A DNA stretch of 57,384 bases, counting the filler, from Sphacelaria rigidula (lineage: Eukaryota), in NCBI GenBank assembly GCA_964200075.2. It is 6 parts of 6 records of this genome, joined end to end, with 100 filler letters (N's around TTAATTAATTAA, not from the genome) between each part and the next. Parts side by side here need not be neighbours in the genome. Positions count along the whole stretch, not along the records: positions 38,325 to 47,804 come from CAXNAA020008397.1; 5 more parts are not named here. One strand, given 5' to 3'. How positions within the stretch are numbered: position 1 is the stretch's first letter; every line of letters starts with the position of its first letter. Positions 38,527 through 47,904 of this stretch are shown one piece after another. The notes beneath the pieces are model-generated. The model did not search any database. It saw nothing but the letters and a program-made list of their open reading frames with translations, and had not been told where the DNA came from. The translations under genes and the position numbers were made by a program.

Positions 38527-39330
38527 GCACGAGTATGACTCGTGGCCGTCGTACTCGTTGGGCTGCTCGTTGGCCGTTAAAATTAAGAGGGCGAGTGCTC
38601 GAGTCATTCGTTGTTGTGGAAACAATTAAGAGGGCGAGCACTCGAGTCATTGCTCGTGGTGGAGACGTTAATGACTCGAGCGCACGAGTCATTGCTCGTG
38701 ATGAATGACTCGAGAGGAGTAGTTAGCGAACCGAATAGTAAATACCTATTAGGAGCTCTTCGACGATCTTGAACCTAGAACCTTCAAGCTCATATGCATA
38801 TCTGAACATGTACAAGCTTGTTCTCATTTTATTGATTCCCCCCCCCCCCCCCCCCCTACACACACACACACACAGGTCAGAGTTATACTGAAGCGGCGCA
38901 GATAGTATCTTTCGCGTAGTACTTATAAGGTATTAGGTAGGGCGAGTCATTGCTCGCTGTGGGAAACGAATGACGCGAGCACACGAGTCATTGCTCGTTG
39001 TGAACAAATAACATGACTCGAGACACGAGTCATTACTCGTTGTAAAACATATTGTTGACTTGAGCACAGGTGTAATGCGTGAGAGGACCGCGCGTTTAGA
39101 GGACCGCATTGGAATTCGAACATCCCTATGGTTAGGGTTAGGGTTAGGGTTAGGGTTAGGGTGATGATCAGGGGCGTGGTACCTGCAGGGACTGGTCCGA
39201 TTAGTTTTGAAAAGCGTCGATCCTGAGGTGTTTTGAACTACGGCGCGGTCGTCTAAGCACGCGGTCCTCCCACGCATTACAACGGAATCATGCTCGTTGC
39301 GTTTTGAAAAAAACATCCACGAGTGCACTC
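38527..39330. repeat. Degenerate array of semi-palindromic ~30-35 bp units, interrupted by insertions
   Basis: Recurring atgactcgag(c/a)...cgagtcattgctcgt at 38527-38715 and 38944-39065, resuming after 39285. Confidence 0.7.
39069..39283. mobile_element. MITE with ~37-bp TIRs enclosing (TTAGGG)5
   Basis: Left TGTAATGCGTGAGAGGACCGCGCGTTTAGAGGACCGC; reverse complement of the right end TGTAATGCGTGGGAGGACCGCGTGCTTAGACGACCGC; telomere-type repeat at 39132-39161. Confidence 0.85.
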
Positions 39331-39569
39331 GTTTCGACAAGACTTGTAAAGTATGCCGAGCATTTCGGCTTCAACCCTTTTGTAGGTCACCTGTTGAACC
39401 GGCATCGCAATTCCCTTGAAAAAAGTATCCGTGCTCCAGATGCACCACCCGCACCGCGGTTTAAGGGTGAAGAGAGGTATCTCAAGCTCGACGTTCCTCC
39501 GTGTATTCTTGATTGTGAGTCCTGTGAAATATACCGGGAACCCCGAGTTCGGGCATCCACAATGAGTCA

Positions 39570-39858
39570 CACACGCGGCCATTTGGCTCCACCCAAAATT
39601 CCTCCAGGTCGGTCGACCTTTTGGGCCTCTTTTTTCTATTTCCCTCGCACTCTGAACACCTCCCCTCCCTCGGGATGAGTCCGTGGTCTCAAGGGATCAA
39701 CCAACCTCTCTCCCGGAACGCGCCTTGCATTTTGGTCTCGCGGATTGGGTCAGCACTCCCGCACCGCGTCAAGTCATTACCCGGAGGCTTGTTGTGCCTC
39801 CGGAGGACCGCGCATCCCTCCGGGGGCATTTTGGGAGGTATCCACATGGCCGCGTGTG
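39570..39858. mobile_element. MITE with CACACGCGGCCAT terminal inverted repeats
   Basis: cacacgcggccatttggctccacccaaaatt ... cattttgggaggtatccacatggccgcgtgtg; flanked by CA on both sides. Confidence 0.75.
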
Positions 39859-40150
39859 CATGATCCGGCTGGGGTTGCACATTCTGGTCCATACTATTCT
39901 CATTCAGGGGCTACTAAAGTTGGGAGCTACCCAAGAGTTATGGTTATGAAATCCTCATCAAATGGGATATTCCCAGCCCAGAACCGATACACCATAATAA
40001 CCATGGCGTGCTCTCACATGCTTCATGAATTATTTATTTTTGGATGAGATAAAGGGGTTCCAACAGTTCAGACGCCATATTATATATATATATGCACCCT
40101 TACGGTAGCATCGCTCTAATAATAAAGGGATCACGTATCTGCGTTGTTTC

Positions 40151-40505
40151 GTGTGTTGACATCCCATCCATTCTGGACGCCGGTCTACACTTTTCAGAAT
40201 ATGTGGGCGCACCAGCCGGGGTCACACAGGAGGAAGGTCAACACAAGATTTTTTTTTTCATTTGTTTTTAGTACCCCACCTTCCTTCTGCGGTGCTTGCC
40301 TTTTATTTTTGATCGCGAGAGAGCTTCAGCAATACCTTTCCCTCGTCGACCGTCAAGTCGAATTTTGTGTACCCACGACAAAGTCGCTCTCCACTGTTCG
40401 ATATGGTGTGACAAAAATTCCCAGGTCGCTCTGAGATTTGAACCCACGGCCCACTGATCAGAAGGGGTCCAATTCACCAACCACCTGAGCCACCGGAGCG
40501 ACCAG
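40151..40505 (-). mobile_element. Full-length tRNA-derived SINE
   Basis: Minus-strand head GGTCGCTCCGGTGGCTCAGGTGG...CTTCTGATC...GGGTTCAAATCTCAGAGCGACC with A-box, B-box and 8-bp terminal pairing. Body shared with 45695-46066; 3' end cagaatggatgggatgtcaacacac. Confidence 0.85.
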
Positions 40506-41015
40506 TACAGTATCTGACATTCGAACCTCCCAGTAAATTTATTTTGCGTAAATGATTGCTATACTGTACTTTACCGAGAAATTCAAGTTTGAGATACATC
40601 TAGAAAATGCATAAATATCCGTGATCGTGCTGTGACAACCATCACCGTGTTGTCACGCATTCTTGAGGGGTAAGGATGATGTCCGACAGAGTCCTCTGTT
40701 GGCGACAGAGGAGTCTGCTGTTGTGCTGTTGTGCGAAATGCAAACCTGACGCAGATAGAAGCTGCTATGCCCAGTTTGTTGTAACCCGAACAGGGTCGGT
40801 ATTATATTGTCGCCATGGATCTACGTTATTCAATTTTTCACCTGTTTGACTGTCATTTTCAGTGGCAAGAGAATGTGGTCAGAAAGTACTTTGCGTGGAG
40901 GCAAAGAGAAACCACTGCACGCACGGTATTCTCTCCTGGCTTGTTCTGGATGTTCAAAGCTTCCATCATGGGAGTCCAAGTACTGCAACGACGAATGATG
41001 GACAATACGGAGAAA

Positions 41016-41388
41016 TGTGTGTGTTGTCATCCTATTTGTTCTGGACGCCATGCGATCTGCACTTACCTTTCGGTATAAAAATGTGGGTGCATCAGCCGGG
41101 GTCACATAGTAGAAAGGTCAGCACAGGATATATTCCATTTCAGAACTTCACCCCTCTTCTGCGGACGCCGGGTTTTTTGTTGCGGGAAGAGTTCGGCGAT
41201 CCATTTCCCGCGTCGAGCGAGGAGTCGATCGAGAACTTTGTGCGCGCACGACATAGCAGCTCTCCGCTGTCGTTGGGCATGATGCGAGAAACAAACTCAC
41301 GTCGTGTGACTTCACGGAGGTTCGAATCCACGTCCTAACCGACAGAAGGTTTTGCGATCACCAATAGAGGCGCCAGGGAGGCCGGCTG
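41016..41388 (-). mobile_element. tRNA-derived SINE, second subfamily (same tail, different body)
   Basis: Head ...CCTTCTGTCGGTTAGGACGTGGATTCGAACC; shared tail tgaccccggctgatgcacccacat...ccagaacaaataggatgacaacacacaca. Confidence 0.75.
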
Positions 41389-41759
41389 TGCCTACGAAAA
41401 CCCCTTCAATACATGTGAGCAATTACATTACTTTTGTTTGCGCATCACGGTTCGTTTTACTTACTTAGTCAAAGTTGAGGCACAGATACATCATCATCCG
41501 TGGTTAAACGTTGTTGCACAGGCGCCAGGAGCCGCTCAGTCGCTGGGGCAGGTTTGAAATACCTGAAATATCCAACAAACGGGCAGCATCGGCTAAATCC
41601 ATGGCGATACTTCATGGGGATATCATATATTAGAAAAAGTCTATGATTTGGTGGTCAAGCCAACGTGGGAGCAATAGTCAGTGTGTCCATACTTTGTGCA
41701 CACGTTGAGTGGCCACCATGACGAGAGATGCCCTAGTATGTTCCGTTTTCACGGGTTAA

Positions 41760-41859
41760 CCCTTAGACCGCGAGGTTAGTCTTCTGTTGGATCGGCATCA
41801 ATTTCAAGTGAAAAAAAAAGTATGCATGACCCAGAAAGACTAATCTCGTGGTCTAAGGG
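41760..41859. mobile_element. 100-bp piggyBac-type MITE
   Basis: TTAA-CCCTTAGACCGCGAGGTTAGTCTTCTG ... CAGAAAGACTAATCTCGTGGTCTAAGGG-TTGA. Confidence 0.85.
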
Positions 41860-42480
41860 TTGAAACAACCAGTAAGAACATACCACATGTATATTTCTGG
41901 ATAAACTGAATCGTCCAAGATGAAACCGTCCACGACGACAGTTGTGCCAGATATGTTGCCTTCAGAAGCAGCAGCCACAAGAACAAGAAGAAGGCAGCGT
42001 ATGTACGACAATCGCTTTGGCACTCCGCCGCAAGAGCTTGTCAGCAAATACATACAGATGTAAATAATGATATTCGGGGCTCCTCTGCTTCCTTCAATTT
42101 CCTTCGATACGCCAGTCGCAGCACCACCCCTTCACTTGCTACGGCACATGATCACAACGGCTTACCACACTGGGTAAACCGCCGGGGTGGATCTTTCGGG
42201 GAATCGGTGCTATTTCAAGTCAAAACACGAATGCAAGACTCAGATGACCTACGCTGGCGGTCGAAGCCCTCCAAGTCTCTGACCGCCGTGGCGGATCATG
42301 TGGTGAACGGACATCATTTGCACTTCAAAATGGTCAGAGGGGGCAGTTTGTTTTGAATCGGCATCATGTTGACTCGAAGAGTAACCATGCGACCCTGTTT
42401 CATAAACGGACAGTTGTTGACATTTGAACCAGAGAGCACTACCAGCAGGTTTAGGGACAGCGTGCCGGCTTCTTGAACGA

Positions 42481-42543
<63 letters not shown>

Positions 42544-42551
42544 CAGAGAGA
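42481..42551 (+). repeat. Compound (AT)n(AG)n microsatellite
   Basis: Seen directly. Confidence 0.95.
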
Positions 42552-44118
42552 GTTTGTGGTCCATCCTTACCGGTACGGCGTATCAGTGACCTCCGTAGCC
42601 CCGACCACCTCGCCAGTTGACGTACCCGCGGCGGTCAAAGGGTCATCCAATCAAGGCCAAGTGGGTTATCCTGATTACTCAGTAGATGCCCTGGTCGCGT
42701 TCGAAAGATTCAAATAGACACCCTGGGTGTCGGATTGTTCCATCCCGCATGCGCATACGCACCAGGAACGGTATCTCAAACCGTGTGCAACACGTGTTGC
42801 AGCAGCCCCCCCCTCACACGAAGAGTAGAGCACAACAACAGGTGCTCGAGAGGTGAACGAGCGAAGCGTGGTCGGAACATTCCAGCGCGAATCACCACTA
42901 TGTGGAAGCACACACCGGTCGGTCCGGCAGGTATAACTGTTGTTTCGGTTATACTGAATGGAGTAGTATCACCGATGGAGCATGCAGTGCTCTCCAGCAC
43001 TGGATAGTAGACGACGCACTTCCAGTCAACACTTGCTATGATACAGTAGTTGTTCGTGCCACCATATCAAACTGCTATCTACGATAATCTGCTCAATCGT
43101 CCAACAAAGTAGAACTCGTGATGCATATCACCACTATCGAGAGGAAACACATGTTAGAGGCAGGCAGATGTGCTGTGAATGTCAGGAGAAAAAGTGTTTG
43201 GAACATGCGTCCAAATTGTCAAGATATATATCACAACAAATGATCATGAACGCGAAAAGTCAGCCGGGAATAACGGCACCGGCACGCTCAAACTCACTCA
43301 CCCGGTAAGCACTAACACGACTGGCTGCTGCGGACTCGCTAGTTTCCTGTGGAAAGAGTTCGCTGCGGACAATGCTGTGAGTGTAGTGGGGGCGCTCGTG
43401 AGGGGAATAGCTGGTGTTCACGTTTCCACTTGATACCAGTTCAATTCGACCTGCTGACATTATCCAGCTTCATCTTCAGATTTATTCCGACTGCATATTT
43501 CGGCTCCATGATTCGCCCCCTCCTCGGAAAGGTACATCAAACCCGACGTTCTCGGCATATATCTTATAGTGATCCCAGCGGAGGCCATCCGGACTATACA
43601 TATTTTTTTCGAGTGAAATCGATGCCGATTCAAGAGATGACGTGTGCTCGCGGTAAAATACTCGAAAATATATATGAGGACCATTGTGTTTGAGATACCT
43701 CATCTGAGGCCACTAATTTCCAGGTTCATGTTGAATCGTCCTGCAGTGGATATTGAAGTTGCTGACTTTACACACAACCGAATGGGATCTGTGATCCACA
43801 ACGAAATATGAGATACGTTCATGAAGACACTCACAACCATGATGTTATGGTACAGCAACGTCGGGTGAGAAATGTTTGCCCTCCGTTGCTCTCTCTTATC
43901 TATGGTTGACATCGCTTGAACTGAGTGCGGACGTCGAGATTCGGATCTTTGCTGGGGCAAACAGTCCCGAGTGGTAGGATGACCACGCTATCAGCGCTAC
44001 TAACGCGCCAACACGCCTGGCTGCTTCGCACTGGCTGGTTTCCTACAAGGAGGGGTTACTCTACCACGGTTGTGAAAATGCTTTGGCCACCGTGATGAGC
44101 GGAACGACAGACGTTCAT

Positions 44119-44305
44119 GGTGTAATGTGTGGAAGGACCGCGTGCTTTTTGGATCGCATCGAAGTTCAAAAATCCTAGGGGTAGTGTTGCGGTTAAAGTC
44201 AGGGGTGATGTCCCTGCAGGGACTGACCCGAGCAGTCTTGCAAATCGTCCATCCTGGGGTGTCTGAATTCCAAACAGCACGAGGTCCTCCCACTCACCAT
44301 AACGG
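44119..44305. mobile_element. Older copy of the telomere-repeat MITE
   Basis: ggtgtaatgtgtggaaggaccgcgtgc...cctgcagggactg...gaggtcctcccac is colinear with 39069-39283; the telomeric tract has decayed to taggggtagtgttgcggttaaag. Confidence 0.7.
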
Positions 44306-44362
44306 TCCCGCGTGATCTCCCTTTTATCGAACATTGAGGCGTGCATTACATCTGGGCGAGCA

Positions 44363-44553
44363 GAGGTATCTCAAACTCAAGGTCCACTTACATTTGACAA
44401 TGATTTACACTACTGTTGACCCTTAGACCGCGATGGTAGTCCATCTGAATCGTGCATTCCTTGTTCAAGTGAAATCGATGTCGATTCAATAGCTGACCTA
44501 CACTGGTCGTCCAAGGGTTAAATGCGACGGGAACCTCGAGTTTGAGACACCTC
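44363..44553. mobile_element. MITE with GAGGTATCTCAAACTC TIRs, containing a nested piggyBac-type MITE at 44420-44517
   Basis: gaggtatctcaaactcaaggtcc ... ggaacctcgagtttgagacacctc; inner ttga-CCCTTAGACC...CCAAGGG-ttaa. Related termini near 38450, 39474, 40583-40601 and 43688-43701. Confidence 0.75.
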
Positions 44554-45694
44554 AAGTGATCCATTTTTTAGTGAGATGGTGCATCTAGTGCGCTCTGGCA
44601 GCAACGGGTTGAGCTATCATGTTCCCCTCTACCTACAAAACCTAACCCCAACCCACATGTATATATTTGGGTGCTGCTGATAAGGAGTGGGTGCGGCGCA
44701 CGTGCCGATGTGACGAGCAACTATGACCCCGTGTGCAGCAATACCACGGGCCGTGCTGACAGAGGGTATACGGTGACACCCAAAATGACTTTGCTCGGAT
44801 TCCTGACTAAACAAATCTCTCATGACTATTTACGAAGGCGGTTCTCGCCCTCTCGGCGCCTAGCCCATGGTCGGGTGCAAATTGCTCTCGTCGAACTCGA
44901 CGAAATACGGCTTTAACCCGAATGCCAGTCCCAACCAGTAAGGTAGGCCAAGAAACCTCGGTGAAGGGAAAATAAATACACATGGTGACCTTGTCAGAGG
45001 TTACATTGGCAGAGCTCAAGTTGGCCCCGATTTGAGCCGATCGCGTGCTGAGCAGGCTGGGCGAACTCTTGGTACTGAGCCTTGTAGATATCCAAATATG
45101 TACTCCGTATCTCCTACAGACTACTTTCCAACGGGGAGAAATATACTAGACTGAAACAAGCAGGAGATCCAGGTGACCTGGAGCAACTATACTGGTAGTC
45201 GGATGTAGATAGTCCGGTCGGACCAGGAATATTTCAACCATAAGCTTCGGGTCCCGAGTTAAAGTATACATAAGAGATCGAGGGACCTGAATCGGTCGAC
45301 CGCAATCATTAGACCGCCAAACTGGGGTCACGTGCAGGGTTGGCATCGTAATTCTCACTCGAAGATGAATTGTAAGTAATCAGGTTATGCTGTGTTTCAC
45401 CCGGATCTTGCATAAATTTCCAAGAATGAGTTGGGCGAAAAGGCGTGCTGAGCACAACAGGTGCACCCTTAGCGTTTTTGAGCTGTTGATATCCAAATGC
45501 GGGCACAAAGGATATTACGCACGATTGTGTGGAACGTGGAACGTCGAGTAGGGGAGAATTCTAGTGCAGCAAGCAGGATATCGAGGAGACGTGACACATT
45601 CGACCCGGAATCAATATCTGTTCAACGCCATGAATTTCACTTTACAACCTGAGAAATACAAAATACGACTAGACAGCGAAGTACTGCCGTCTAC

Positions 45695-46066
45695 CTGCAG
45701 TTCATGGGATCTCAGTTGGTAACCTCTAAACCTTTTGATGGCTGGGTCGTGGGTGGGAGTCTCGAGGGATCTGGGATTTTTCCCCGCACAATGTCCATCA
45801 GTGGGGACGACCATGCCGTGGGTACACAAAATTCGACTTGATGATGGTCAAAGAGGGAAAGGGAGCGCTGAACTGAACCCCTCTCGCGATAAAAAAAGAA
45901 GGCAAGCACCGCAGAAGGAATGTGGAGGGGGGTGAACAATGAAGAACAAAAATTTCCAGTGTTGACCCTCCTCCTGTGTGGCCCCGGCCGGTGCGTGTGC
46001 GCACATACTATACCGGAAGGTGTAGAGCGCCGTCCAGAATAAATGGGGTGACAACATACACACACA
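45695..46066 (+). mobile_element. tRNA-derived SINE, same subfamily as 40151-40505
   Basis: Shares gtgggtacacaaaattcgacttga, aaggcaagcaccgcagaaggaa, gtgttgacc.tcctcctgtgtg.ccccggc and the ccagaataaatggggtgacaacatacacaca tail. Confidence 0.8.
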
Positions 46067-47134
46067 GTTCACCTGTAAGAGAACAAAGTGACCATTTTTG
46101 ATAGCCCTGATGCTATAATATAATAGTCGGATGATCGCTCCGCTCCTGTTAGGCCTCATTCCTGGCACAAAATATTCCGGTGGAAACTTCCAAACACACA
46201 TGGTTGCCGTGGTGAGCTTTTCGATTGTTCTGAGGACAGGCCCCCACCCCCCGATGAACCCGCCCCCCGCCCCCGGATGTTCGGAAACTGTCAGCCTGTG
46301 AAAATGTTTCGTTACGACGCTCGTTGTCTACGGTTAACCGCGAAAGCGGGTCGCTCGTAACAGGAGTGAAAGATGCAGATGTATGTGTGTTATCTGAATA
46401 TTATATACTTCATATACTACAACATGGCACTCGGCGACCGCCGCGAAGCCAAATCCAGAGATTGATGCGAAGAGCACTTACTTGATTGACGTGTCTCTCA
46501 TTCGCCACGGACATGTTTAATCCCGGGAATGCATCTACGGAATTTCGGTTCAAAAGGTCTGACAAATGAAGCTCGGATAGATATCAGATGGCATCTCAGA
46601 CGAACTCTAGGTTCCCGGCATGTTCAATAGTGAACTACTGGTTAATATCTTGAGATGAAGGGTTTCGGAATTCTGCAACAACGCACCGTTTCACGAACAA
46701 GACTCAAAACGTCAGGATGGAAGCTCTCAAAAACTTCAGGGCGGAAGCTGACATCTTCAGGACGTGAGCTCCAACTGGGTTCAACGGGACGACAGCTACT
46801 ATGCAAATGGCTACTTTAGCAGGACGAGTATCCCTTCTTCGTTTCTCCTATATTTTTTTGCTTCTTGTATTTTTTGCATCGCGTCTGTCTGAAGCGTTTC
46901 TGGGTCCGATTTCAGTGTTGCGCCGAAAGAAGAAAAAAACATGAGTACGTGAAAAACCGCGTACAAGAGTCATAGTATAAGACTTCAGGTGGAACCAGCC
47001 GCAAAGTAGGTGTAGTTCACACGGCCGGGGAGCTCCACACCAAGGAGTGCAGGTCCGACACGCGACACCACTGCGATGCTTTGAACAAGGCAGGAGCGTC
47101 GGTACTGGTTTATGACTGAAAATGTGACGTTTAA

Positions 47135-47232
47135 CTCCTATACCACGAGGTTAGTCTTCTGTTGAATCGGCATCAATTTCAATTGAAAAAAAGTATGCAT
47201 GATCCAGGAAGACTAATCTCGTGGTCTAAGGG
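47135..47232. mobile_element. piggyBac-type MITE, close relative of 41760-41859
   Basis: TTAA-CTCCTATACCACGAGGTTAGTCTTCTG...GAAGACTAATCTCGTGGTCTAAGGG-TTAG. Confidence 0.85.
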
Positions 47233-47804
47233 TTAGGTGACAAATTACCGCGTTGGGTAGTAAGAACACTGTTGCTGTGCACCCTAACCTGCGGAGGGAA
47301 AGTTGGGTCGATGTGTGGCGACCACGCAGGTCCAACTGGGCCTGCAGCACGGAGATGGTGTTGTCCATCATGTGTAGGTTCTATGGGGAAAAGAACTGCG
47401 TTAAATGGTTCAGTGCACAACAATCGCGACACGATCATCCGCAGGCACCCCTGGTGGTGAGGGTGGACCGTGTGAAGTTTGACATGTGCAGCAGTTTCTT
47501 CATAAATTTCAATATAAACACTGCCATGCACCGCCGCTCGCTTCTGTATTTACTGTGCTGTGTTTGATGTACAATACATGAATTTGTTGTGCTGTATTTG
47601 AAGTAGAGTACAGTACAGCAGAGGTGTTGTGCTGCAGTTACTGTACCGCAAAATACTGTCTGCGAGTGTCAGTATACCAGAGGGGGTTACGTCGCGTGCT
47701 GTTGGTTACAATGCTGTACACTGTCCTGGATATTCCTTGGCTCAGGCACAGGATAATGGTTTGAGATGTTTTATTGAAGAGCACCCAAGTTCTACTGTAA
47801 CTCG

Positions 47805-47904
47805 NNNNNNNNNNNNNNNNNNNNNNNNNNNNNNNNNNNNNNNNNNNNTTAATTAATTAANNNNNNNNNNNNNNNNNNNNNNNNNNNNNNNNNNNNNNNN
47901 NNNN
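47805..47904. other. Artificial contig linker
   Basis: Same 100-nt N/TTAATTAATTAA/N structure. Confidence 0.98.

Noticed and set aside
39132..39161. True chromosome end
   Set aside because: Only five units, internal to the contig and enclosed by TIRs.
40424..40503. Functional tRNA-Gln gene
   Set aside because: Arms pair poorly and it is fused to a repeated SINE body, so it is treated as a SINE head.
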